DNA of 64,000 nucleotides from Escherichia coli (GTDB lineage Bacteria; Pseudomonadota; Gammaproteobacteria; Enterobacterales; Enterobacteriaceae): NCBI RefSeq assembly GCF_965641715.1, contig NZ_OZ282453.1; one strand, 5' to 3'. Shown piece by piece: positions 55,443 to 64,000 of this stretch (position 1 is its first letter; each line of letters starts with the position of its first letter). The notes under the pieces were generated by a model. It saw only the letters and a program-made list of their open reading frames with translations, ran no database searches and was not told where the DNA came from. The position numbers and the translations under genes were made by a program.

Positions 55443-56570
55443 TTAAATTTTTACCAGCAGCGTCAGCACTTCATAGTGCGCGGTGTGCGGGAACATATCA
55501 AAAAGCTGTACCCGTTCAATGCGATAACCAGGCAGTTCTCGGATATCTTTTGCCATGGTTTGGGCGTTACAGCTGGAGTAGATGATAAAACGCGGTGCCA
55601 TCGTTGAGAGATAATCACACAGCGGTTTACCAATGCCGCGGCGCGGCGGGTTAACCAGCACCAGCTCCGGCACCTCCCCCTGAGCGGTGGCAAACTGAGT
55701 GGAGTCCAGCGCCTGAAATTGCAAACGCGTTAAGCCCAGTTCAGCGGCTGACTGCTTTGCACAGGCAATGGCCTCTGGCGCAATTTCGATCCCGGTTAAC
55801 TGCATGTCAGGCGTCGCGCAGTGTAAACCAAAGCCCCCCACACCGCAGAACAGATCCCACATATGTTTAACCGGCAGCTGTCGTACCCAGTCGCGCGCGG
55901 TGGCGTACAGCTGGCTGGCGACCGCCGGATTAGTCTGGAAGAAACTTTGCGGACGGACCCACAGCGGCACATCGTTAAAACGCTCCGCCAGTGCCTGTTG
56001 TTCGGTTAGGTAGATCTCCGTCTCCCCTTCCATAATCGCCATATGTACCGGCTGAATATTGACGGTAATAACTTTTAGCTGCGGTAGTTGTTCCTGTAAC
56101 CACGGTAGCGCCTTACGCAGTTGCGCCAGCTTGGTATCAGAACGCAGTACAAAGCGCAGCATCATGCCGCCATCGCTCTGGCTTTCGGTCAGCAGAATGT
56201 ATTTCAGTTCGCCACGCTTACGCGCCACGTTGTAGGGCGTTAACCCCGCTCGGGCGATAAACGGTTTTAGCGCCGCAAAAACGGGCGCAAATGAGGCAGG
56301 ATAAAGCGGGCAGTCACAAAGGTCTTCCGGTGTGCCGTCTCGATGCAGCATACCGAGCAGTGGTTTTTCAACGCTACCACTCACCACCATTTTGGCTTTA
56401 TTACGAAACCCTTGTTCCGGGCCTGACACCGGCGCGCACCATTCCTCAACCGGAAAGTCGGCGAGCAGATTTTTAAGATCGGCGGTTTTAGCGGAGAGTT
56501 GCTCTGGAATCGGCTGCGTTATCCACTGACAGGAACGACAGCGACCCGCGTCGTAAAGTGCGCACTGCAT
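55443..56570 (-). CDS. rlmC: 23S rRNA (uracil747-C5)-methyltransferase RlmC
   Basis: 375 aa, [25 protein letters not shown]... (Fe-S Cys cluster plus SAM methyltransferase fold). Confidence 0.93.
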   Translation of the reverse strand: MQCALYDAGRCRSCQWITQPIPEQLSAKTADLKNLLADFPVEEWCAPVSGPEQGFRNKAKMVVSGSVEKPLLGMLHRDGTPEDLCDCPLYPASFAPVFAALKPFIARAGLTPYNVARKRGELKYILLTESQSDGGMMLRFVLRSDTKLAQLRKALPWLQEQLPQLKVITVNIQPVHMAIMEGETEIYLTEQQALAERFNDVPLWVRPQSFFQTNPAVASQLYATARDWVRQLPVKHMWDLFCGVGGFGLHCATPDMQLTGIEIAPEAIACAKQSAAELGLTRLQFQALDSTQFATAQGEVPELVLVNPPRRGIGKPLCDYLSTMAPRFIIYSSCNAQTMAKDIRELPGYRIERVQLFDMFPHTAHYEVLTLLVKI

Positions 56571-56610
56571 ACATTGACCTTCACATCATCAGGGGCGACG
56601 ATTATACACA

Positions 56611-57099
56611 TTATTGCAACTGGAAGAACCGCCGACTGGTCGAGGGAACGAACAGCAGCATCAGGATGAGCATATCCGGCAGCTTCTGCAGCATCAGGCT
56701 ATGGAAGATTTCACGTTTTGATTCACCGGGAATGCTGAACAGCTCCGGATAACCGTACCCCAGCGAAGCCGCCCACAAGTAACTTGCGGCAGTGATTTGT
56801 GTCAGCAGATACAGCCAGCGCGCCCAGCGACGCCCTTTCACCAGTGAAAACGCACACCAGATCTCAATGAAAACCAGCACCAGACTGCTTAAAAAGACCA
56901 GCGTTAAACTCCAGGTTTGTACGCTGCGATGAATGAACTCGCCAATACCGCGCACGCCCAGCGTATTGAAAATCATCAGCACGTCGAGGCCACGGATCAT
57001 AATAATGGCGAGCGCCGCCACCTGCACAAGCGCAGGCACATTCAGGCGAGCATGAGATGAAGATGTTTTCTTAAAAAATCCCAACGTTTCGTCTTCCAT
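56611..57099 (-). CDS. ybjO: Inner-membrane protein YbjO
   Basis: 162-aa hydrophobic protein; synteny. Confidence 0.88.
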   Translation of the reverse strand: MEDETLGFFKKTSSSHARLNVPALVQVAALAIIMIRGLDVLMIFNTLGVRGIGEFIHRSVQTWSLTLVFLSSLVLVFIEIWCAFSLVKGRRWARWLYLLTQITAASYLWAASLGYGYPELFSIPGESKREIFHSLMLQKLPDMLILMLLFVPSTSRRFFQLQ

Positions 57100-57158
57100 G
57101 AAAACAATGCCGCGACATACGCGGCATTATGTAGCCAGGTTGGCAAATTTTAGTGTCT

Positions 57159-58004
57159 TCAGCCACGTCTTGCACGCTGGATGTCGCGTATCCGCTGTTT
57201 TTCTGCGCGAGCCATCAGATACCAGGCGATAAATCCGACAATTCCGACCGCACCAAGGATCAATGTTGCCAGGGCGTTGATTTCCGGATTCACCCCCATC
57301 CGCACGCTGGAAAAGACCAGCATCGGTAACGTGGTGGCTCCCGGCCCGGAAACAAAGCTGGCGATCACCAGATCATCAAGCGACAAAGTAAAAGCCAGTA
57401 ACCAGCCAGAAATGATCGCGGGCATGATCATCGGTAGCGTAATGACGAAAAACACTTTCAGCGGCGTCGCACCGAGATCCATCGCTGCTTCTTCTATCGA
57501 GCGATCCAGTTCCCGCAGACGCGACGAAATAACGACTGCCACATAAGCCGTACAGAAAGTGACATGCGCCAGCCAGATGGTAAGCATACCGCGGTCCGCA
57601 GGCCAGCCAATGGCATGAGCAAGCGCGACGAATAATAACAACAGCGACAAGCCCGTGATGACATCTGGCATTACCAGCGGCGCGGTGATCATAAAGGCAA
57701 AGCCATTTGATCCGCGAAACCTGCCAAAGCGCACCAGCACCACCGCCGCAATAGTTCCGAGGATCGCCGCCGCCGTTGCCGCACAGGCAGCAATTGTCAG
57801 GCTTAAACCAACCGCACTCATCATCGCGTCATCGCGCAATAACTCACCATACCAGCGCGTTGACCAGCCGGCCCACACCGTCACCAGCTTCGAGCTGTTA
57901 AACGAATAGATAACCAGCATCAGCATTGGCGCGTAGAGAAAGGTAAAGCCCAGCAGCAAAATCACAATCCGCCAGGGCGAACGAACTACCGGTAAATTAT
58001 TCAT
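57159..58004 (-). CDS. potI: Putrescine ABC transporter permease PotI
   Basis: 281 aa from MNNLPVVRSPWRIVILLLGF; start overlaps the potH stop. Confidence 0.93.
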   Translation of the reverse strand: MNNLPVVRSPWRIVILLLGFTFLYAPMLMLVIYSFNSSKLVTVWAGWSTRWYGELLRDDAMMSAVGLSLTIAACAATAAAILGTIAAVVLVRFGRFRGSNGFAFMITAPLVMPDVITGLSLLLLFVALAHAIGWPADRGMLTIWLAHVTFCTAYVAVVISSRLRELDRSIEEAAMDLGATPLKVFFVITLPMIMPAIISGWLLAFTLSLDDLVIASFVSGPGATTLPMLVFSSVRMGVNPEINALATLILGAVGIVGFIAWYLMARAEKQRIRDIQRARRG

Positions 58005-58954
58005 CCGTGTTCTCCCACGCTTTTTTGCTGGTGTTTGTGGAACCACATTATCGGCACAATTAGCAGCAGCAACATGATGATCGCTACCGCCGAGGCCACC
58101 GGCCAGTCGCGGTTATTGAAAAACTCTTGCCATAGCACGCGCCCGATCATGATGCTGTCCGGGCCACCGAGCAGTTCCGGGATCACAAACTCGCCCACAG
58201 CCGGGATAAACACCAGCATCGATCCGGCAATAATCCCACCTTTAGTCAGCGGCACGATCACAGTAAAGAACGTTTTCAGCGGTCGTGCACCGAGATCCAG
58301 CGCTGCTTCCACCAGCGAATAATCAATACGAATCAACGCGGTATAAATCGGCAGCACCATAAACGGCACGTAGGCGTAAACAATGCCAATATAAACTGCC
58401 AGATTGGTATGAAGAATGGTCAGCGGTTGATCGATAACCCCCAGCCACAGCAGAAAATTATTCAGCACACCGTTGTTTTTTAATATTCCCATCCAGGCGT
58501 AGACACGAATCAGAAACGAGGTCCACGACGGCAGGATCACCAGTAATAATAAGATATTACGGGTCGAAGGCTTACTGTGCGCCACCGCCCACGCCAGCGG
58601 ATAGCCGATCAGTAAACAGCAAAATGTCGAAATCGCCGCCACCTGTAACGACTGGAGATAAGCATCGAAATAGAGCGGATCGTCGGTCAGTTGCAGGAAA
58701 TTACCGAAATTAAGGGTGATGGACAGTTGCCCGTCAGCCCACTCCATCAGTTCGGTATAAGGTGGAATAGCGCGCGCCATCTCCGCCAGGCTTATTTTAA
58801 AGACAATCAGAAATGGCAGCAGAAACAGCAAGATCAACCAGATATATGGCAACGCAATGACCAGTTTGCGCCCATGCTTCATTTGCAGCTGCGACAACCA
58901 CAGCTTAAATCCGCCCGGCGGTTTCGACTGGGCAGCAGGTTCAAGTGTACTCAT
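58001..58954 (-). CDS. potH: Putrescine ABC transporter permease PotH
   Basis: 317-aa membrane protein. Confidence 0.93.
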   Translation of the reverse strand: MSTLEPAAQSKPPGGFKLWLSQLQMKHGRKLVIALPYIWLILLFLLPFLIVFKISLAEMARAIPPYTELMEWADGQLSITLNFGNFLQLTDDPLYFDAYLQSLQVAAISTFCCLLIGYPLAWAVAHSKPSTRNILLLLVILPSWTSFLIRVYAWMGILKNNGVLNNFLLWLGVIDQPLTILHTNLAVYIGIVYAYVPFMVLPIYTALIRIDYSLVEAALDLGARPLKTFFTVIVPLTKGGIIAGSMLVFIPAVGEFVIPELLGGPDSIMIGRVLWQEFFNNRDWPVASAVAIIMLLLLIVPIMWFHKHQQKSVGEHG

Positions 58955-58963
58955 CTTTGCTCC

Positions 58964-60097
58964 TTAAACCGTCAGCACCACACAGCTGTCCACTTCCCAG
59001 CACAAACGCACTTCGTCGCCCCAGGTCGGTAACCCTTTATGATGACGATGGGCGTTTTGTAGCTGGGCGCTGATCATCTGCCCACTTTTCAGACGAACGT
59101 GATACACCGAAAGATCGCCGAGATAGGCAATGTGTATCACCTCCCCCACCGCGAAGTTACAACCATTGGCGGGCGGCTCTTCGCAAAGCATGATTTTTTC
59201 CGGACGCAGCGCTACGTGTACCGGCACGTTATCGACCACTGAAGCATCCGCATCGACTTTCAGTGGATGCACCAGCCCCGGCGAATAAAGCACCAGACCA
59301 TCTTCCTGACGCTCTTTGAGTACACCTTCAAAGACATTAACCGAGCCAATAAATTCGGCGCTATAGCGGGTAGTCGGATGCTCGTAGATCTCTTCCGGTT
59401 CGCCAATCTGGACAAATTTCCCACGATTCATAATGGCGATGCGCCCCGCCATGGTCATCGCCTCTTCCTGATCGTGGGTGACCATCACACAAGTCACACC
59501 GACGCGCTCCAGAATATCCACCACTTCAAGCTGCATCCGGTCACGCAGCTTTTTATCCAGCGCGCCCATCGGCTCGTCGAGCAGTAATAGTTTCGGGCGT
59601 TTGGCAAGGCTTCGGGCCAGGGCCACACGCTGTCGCTGACCACCGGAAAGCTGATGCGGTTTGCGTTTGGCGAACTCCTGCATATGCACAAGGCCGAGCA
59701 TCTCATTGACCCGACTGGCAATTTCCGCTTTCGGTAGTTTGTCCTGTTTCAGGCCAAAAGCGATGTTCTGTTCCACGGTCATATGCGGAAACAGCGCGTA
59801 AGACTGAAACATCATATTGATAGGGCGCAGGTAAGGCGGTACCTGTGACAAATCGACGCCATCGAGCATAATCTGCCCGGCAGAAGGTTGTTCGAAACCT
59901 GCCAGCATACGCAGCAGCGTGGACTTGCCACAGCCGGATGCGCCCAGCAGCGCGAAGATTTCACCTTTGTAGATGGTCAGGCTGACATCATCCACCGCAT
60001 GTTGACCATCGTAGGATTTGGTGAGGTTGCGGATTTCTAATAGCGGCGTCAGCGCCTTACGGGTTTTCGCCTGCGGGCGAGGGATAGCGTCATTCAC
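58964..60097 (-). CDS. potG: Putrescine ABC transporter ATP-binding protein PotG
   Basis: 377 aa from a GTG start (NDAIPRPQAKTRK...) with SD ggagag; Walker A GASGCGKST. Confidence 0.92.
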   Translation of the reverse strand: MNDAIPRPQAKTRKALTPLLEIRNLTKSYDGQHAVDDVSLTIYKGEIFALLGASGCGKSTLLRMLAGFEQPSAGQIMLDGVDLSQVPPYLRPINMMFQSYALFPHMTVEQNIAFGLKQDKLPKAEIASRVNEMLGLVHMQEFAKRKPHQLSGGQRQRVALARSLAKRPKLLLLDEPMGALDKKLRDRMQLEVVDILERVGVTCVMVTHDQEEAMTMAGRIAIMNRGKFVQIGEPEEIYEHPTTRYSAEFIGSVNVFEGVLKERQEDGLVLYSPGLVHPLKVDADASVVDNVPVHVALRPEKIMLCEEPPANGCNFAVGEVIHIAYLGDLSVYHVRLKSGQMISAQLQNAHRHHKGLPTWGDEVRLCWEVDSCVVLTV

Positions 60098-60191
60098 GGC
60101 TGCTCTCCGGCATTGAATGTGTGCAAGCGCACCATGATGGTGCGAATTGCCGGCGGGTGTGGTGCGCCCGCCCGGCATCTAAGGCTGCGGA

Positions 60192-61304
60192 TTATTTTCC
60201 GCTCTTCACTTTGGTCCACGCGCGGGTGCGCACACGGTCGATTTTCGGATCCTGTACTTTCAGAGTGAACAACTTCGCGCGGACATCCGCAGGCGGATAA
60301 ATACCCGGGTTATCACGGACTTCCGCACTTACCAGCGGCGTGGCTGCTTTATTGGCGTTAGCATAGAACACATGGTCAGAGATATGTGCCACCACATCAG
60401 GACGCAGCAGGTAATTCAGGAACTGATAGGCTTCGTCTTTATTTTTGGCATCCGCAGGCATGGCGAATACATCAAAGAACGCCATCGCCCCTTCTTTTGG
60501 AATCGAGAACGAGACATTCACGCCATTCTTCGCTTCCTTCGCGCGGTTTGACGCCTGCCAGACATCACCTGCCCAGCCGATAGCGACGCAAATATCGCCG
60601 TTTGCCAGGTCGTTAATGTATTGAGATGAATGGAAATAACGAATGTTCGGGCGCAGCTTTAACAGCAGATCGGTAGCCGGTCCGGTGTAATCATCCGCTT
60701 TAGTGCTGTTGGGATCTTTGCCGAGATAATTCAGCACGGTAGCAAAAACTTCTTCTGGCGCATCGAGGAAAGATACACCGCAGCTTTTCAGTTTTTCCAG
60801 ATTTTCAGGCTTGAGGATCAAGTCCCAGCTATCGACGGGCGCGTTTTCGCCCAGCACCGCTTTGACTTTATCGACGTTATAGCCAATCCCGGTCGTCGCC
60901 CACATATAGGGCATAGCAAATTTATTGTCGGGATCGTGTTTGGCGACCAACTTCAGCAGTTCCGGGTCGAGATTCTTCCACTCCGGCAATTTGCTTTTAT
61001 CCAGCGGCTGGAAAACTCCCGCTGTCAGCTGGCGTTCAAGAAAGCTTGCTGACGGCACCACCAGGTCAAAGCCGGTGCTCCCGGCCATTAATTTGCCTTC
61101 CAGTACTTCGTTAGAGTCGAAAACATCGTAGACGACTTTAATACCGGTTTCTTTTTCAAAGTTAGCCACCGTGTCGGGGGCGATATAATCAGACCAGTTA
61201 TAAATGTGGAGTGTTTTTTGTTCAGCCGCGAGCGTGCCGACAGAGACGGCCATCAGAGCACCCGCAACCAGACCCGAAAGCCATTTTTTATTTAAGGCGG
61301 TCAT
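60192..61304 (-). CDS. potF: Putrescine-binding periplasmic protein PotF
   Basis: 370 aa from MTALNKKWLSGLVAGALMAVSVGTLA (signal peptide). Confidence 0.93.
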   Translation of the reverse strand: MTALNKKWLSGLVAGALMAVSVGTLAAEQKTLHIYNWSDYIAPDTVANFEKETGIKVVYDVFDSNEVLEGKLMAGSTGFDLVVPSASFLERQLTAGVFQPLDKSKLPEWKNLDPELLKLVAKHDPDNKFAMPYMWATTGIGYNVDKVKAVLGENAPVDSWDLILKPENLEKLKSCGVSFLDAPEEVFATVLNYLGKDPNSTKADDYTGPATDLLLKLRPNIRYFHSSQYINDLANGDICVAIGWAGDVWQASNRAKEAKNGVNVSFSIPKEGAMAFFDVFAMPADAKNKDEAYQFLNYLLRPDVVAHISDHVFYANANKAATPLVSAEVRDNPGIYPPADVRAKLFTLKVQDPKIDRVRTRAWTKVKSGK

Positions 61305-61654
61305 ATCTCTTTCCTTCTGAAAGTTCGTTAACAAACGAACAAAAGTTGTCACACTGAAAGATATGCAATAAACGTGCATATTTTTTATCGGCGCGGTGTA
61401 AGAAAAGAGAACTCTCTCCCGGCCAGCACTGCTCGCTATATAAAAGCATCGCAAGAATAACTTTAGCCAGGGTTTGAGACTATAGCTCGGATTAAAAAAC
61501 GGTATTTAACAAATTTTTATGCGTATTTGCTCTATGTGATAAAGCCAAATCGACACAAGAGAAGTGAAATAATCTTTAAGAAAAGGTTAAAAACAGCAGA
61601 TAATTTTGCAGCGCGCAGCCACTGCACCAGCGACTGCGTGCTCGAAAGGAGTTA

Positions 61655-62131
61655 TCAGTGGAGGAAATAGTTTTCGGTAACGTTGTTTTGCCCTTCATCG
61701 TCAGTCGGTAACAGCAGTTGATGGGCATTAGCTTCAAGAATGACCATCGAAATCTGCTCTTCGCTCTGACGCACGAACCATGCAAACTGCTCATAGGTTA
61801 CGCCCTGCATAACGGATAAAGACTGGCAAACCACCAGCTTTGGCAGATTATCATCCTGCATATCAAGAAATGCCTTCACGGTCAGCGAACTGGCATTGAT
61901 GGCAGATAAATCCGCCGCCAGCGGCAATACGGCTGAAGGTCGGACTTCCGCCATGGCAGAAAACAGGATCGTGTTATCGATCAGATCGATTTTGGCATCA
62001 AAGACACCGTCGAAATTCTGCATATGGGGCAGATGCAGAGCCTGACAGTTATCACATTCAAAAAAACTCATCCCCAGGTCATCGAGCCATTGACGCAGCG
62101 TATCCAGACCAGGAACGACCAGCGATGTCAT
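61655..62131 (-). CDS. ybjN: YbjN (putative sensory-transduction regulator family)
   Basis: 158 aa from MTSLVVPGLDTLRQWLDDLGMSFFECDNCQALHL. Confidence 0.88.
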   Translation of the reverse strand: MTSLVVPGLDTLRQWLDDLGMSFFECDNCQALHLPHMQNFDGVFDAKIDLIDNTILFSAMAEVRPSAVLPLAADLSAINASSLTVKAFLDMQDDNLPKLVVCQSLSVMQGVTYEQFAWFVRQSEEQISMVILEANAHQLLLPTDDEGQNNVTENYFLH

Positions 62132-62218
62132 AATTTTGTACAACCTCTTTCGATAAAAAGACCGGCACAGCTTACGCAAAAAGCGCAGGCAAAACCATGA
62201 TCAGTAATGTGATTGCGA

Positions 62219-63121
62219 CTAACCACCCGTTTTCAGGCAATATTCTGTCGTAGCGTGGCGTTCGATCCAGCGGATCATTTTACCCGCGATGTCGATACCG
62301 GTGGTTTTTTCTATTCCTTCCAGCCCCGGCGACGCATTCACTTCCATCACCAACGGCCCGCGATTAGCACGCAGAATATCCACACCAGCAACGTCCAGCG
62401 TCATCGTTCGCGCGGCTTTTATCGCGATTTCACGCTCCTGTGGTGTGATACTGGCGACGCTTGCCGCGCCGCCACGATGCAAATTGGAACGAAAATCGCC
62501 CTCTTTCGCCCGCCGTTCAATCGCAGCGACCACTTCATCGCCAACAACCAGACAGCGGATATCGCACCCTTGCGCCTCTTTGATATATTCCTGCACCAGA
62601 ATATGCGCGTTCAGACCGCGGAAAGCGTCAATCACGCTTTCCGCCGCCTGACGCGTCTCCGCCAGCACGACGCCAATTCCCTGCGTGCCTTCAACCAACT
62701 TGACCACCAGCGGCGCACCACCGACCATGTCGATTAAATCGCTGGTATCATCCGGCGAATGCGCAATGCCCGTGACAGGCAGGTCGATGCCCTGACGCGC
62801 CAGCAGTTGCATGGAACGCAATTTGTCACGCGCCCGGGCAATGGCGACCGACTCATTGAGCGGATAGCTCCCCAGCATCTCGAACTGGCGCAGTGCCGCC
62901 GTCCCATAAAAGGTAATGGCGGTGCCAATACGCGGGATCACTGCGTCAAAATGGGGTAACTTGCGGCCTTTGTAGTGAATAGAAGACGCCGCAGGATTTA
63001 TGTTCATGTAGCAAGAAAGCGGATCAAGAATTTCAACCAGGTGACCGCGCTGTATAGCGGCTTCACGCAGCCGCTTACACGAATAGAGCGTTCCATCCCG
63101 GGACAATATGGCAATTTTCAC
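62219..63121 (-). CDS. rimK: Ribosomal protein S6 L-glutamate ligase RimK (ATP-grasp)
   Basis: 300 aa, [41 protein letters not shown]... Confidence 0.95.
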   Translation of the reverse strand: MKIAILSRDGTLYSCKRLREAAIQRGHLVEILDPLSCYMNINPAASSIHYKGRKLPHFDAVIPRIGTAITFYGTAALRQFEMLGSYPLNESVAIARARDKLRSMQLLARQGIDLPVTGIAHSPDDTSDLIDMVGGAPLVVKLVEGTQGIGVVLAETRQAAESVIDAFRGLNAHILVQEYIKEAQGCDIRCLVVGDEVVAAIERRAKEGDFRSNLHRGGAASVASITPQEREIAIKAARTMTLDVAGVDILRANRGPLVMEVNASPGLEGIEKTTGIDIAGKMIRWIERHATTEYCLKTGG

Positions 63122-63181
63122 CCTGCACCTCTCTGTCAGACCTGGTCAAAAGCCCGCGTATCATACATCGACGTGGCGGTT

Positions 63182-63904
63182 TTAGCGCGTCGCCCAACCC
63201 TGTTTGTGCAAATAATCCAGAATAAATGGGCGGCTTTCTTTAATGATTGTTCGGCGGATATGATCGCTCCAGGTATCCCGGCGATTATTGCTGCCACGGG
63301 TGAGGTAATATTCCGCCAGTTGCTCGTCATACTGCGCCAGTGCGTCTTTATCCAGCGGTTGATAGCTGTTTTCATGCACCAAAATGGAGGCCGGTAAACG
63401 CGGCTTGAGATCCGGATTATCCGCAGGCCAGCCAAGGCACAGCCCAAACAGCGGCAGAACATGCTGCGGTAATTTCAGCAGTTTCGTCACCGCTTCAATA
63501 TTATTGCGCAGGCCGCCGATATATACGCCGCCCAATCCCAGCGATTCCGCTGCGGTTAATGCATTCTGCGCCATCATTGCCGTATCAACGACACCGAGCA
63601 ACAGCTGTTCCGCCAGGCCGAGCTGAGCATCCGGACAGATCTGTAAATGGCGGTTAAAGTCGGCACAGAACACCCAGAACTCCGCCGCTTGCGCTACGTG
63701 TTTTTGCCCGCCGGTCAGCGTCACCAGCTCTTCACGTAATGCTTTGTCGGTAATGCGAATAATGCTACTACACTGCAAAAAACTGGAACTGGACGTCGCA
63801 CGGGCGCTGTTAATAATCGCCTCACGCTGCGCTTCGGAAATGGGTTCATCAGTGAAATGGCGAATGGAGCGATGGCCACAAATAAGTTCAATGGTTGGCG
63901 TCAT
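63182..63904 (-). CDS. nfsA: Oxygen-insensitive NADPH nitroreductase NfsA
   Basis: 240 aa, MTPTIELICGHRSIRHFTDEPISEAQREAIINSARA... Confidence 0.95.
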   Translation of the reverse strand: MTPTIELICGHRSIRHFTDEPISEAQREAIINSARATSSSSFLQCSSIIRITDKALREELVTLTGGQKHVAQAAEFWVFCADFNRHLQICPDAQLGLAEQLLLGVVDTAMMAQNALTAAESLGLGGVYIGGLRNNIEAVTKLLKLPQHVLPLFGLCLGWPADNPDLKPRLPASILVHENSYQPLDKDALAQYDEQLAEYYLTRGSNNRRDTWSDHIRRTIIKESRPFILDYLHKQGWATR

Positions 63905-64000
63905 TATCTTTTTCTCTTTCTGAACGTGAATATTGCGGTGGACGGTTCATCAGCTGTGGGGCAAGACGTTTTGCCACCTGAAGAATAACCACCACCGCAG
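63888..64000 (-). CDS. ybjC: YbjC, 3' end only (gene runs off the window end)
   Basis: Minus-strand frame ending ...SEREKDNDANH-stop and overlapping the nfsA start by 17 bp; consistent with the ybjC-nfsA-rimK-ybjN operon. Confidence 0.6.
   Translation of the reverse strand, partial: AVVVILQVAKRLAPQLMNRPPQYSRSEREKDNDANH

Overview
This window is an Escherichia coli chromosomal segment, syntenic with the K-12 region running from ybjC/nfsA/rimK/potFGHI through artPIQMJ, poxB, hcp-hcr, aqpZ, macAB, clpSA, serW, infA, cydDC, trxB, lrp, ftsK, lolA, rarA, serS and dmsABC to ycaD/ycaM, presented in reverse orientation relative to the K-12 map. Gene identities come from reading the supplied translations against remembered protein families and N-termini; no database search was run. 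Most of the window is ordinary core genome. Three things stand out against that backbone: (1) a roughly 2.6 kb AT-rich islet between ybjQ and ybjP carrying a single 600-aa orphan ORF with a C-terminal five-residue (pentapeptide-repeat-like) periodicity, which is the best candidate for an undescribed function; (2) an accessory operon between artJ and rlmC encoding a PTS EIIC, a PTS EIIB and a signal-peptide-less Cys-type sulfatase; (3) an IS186 copy with a 10-bp target duplication that splits that sulfatase gene. Smaller observations are a GATC-rich inverted repeat upstream of the PTS operon, an unusually GC-rich structured intergenic region between aqpZ and lysO, and short direct repeats downstream of tRNA-Ser (serW). 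No CRISPR array, rRNA gene or prophage was seen.
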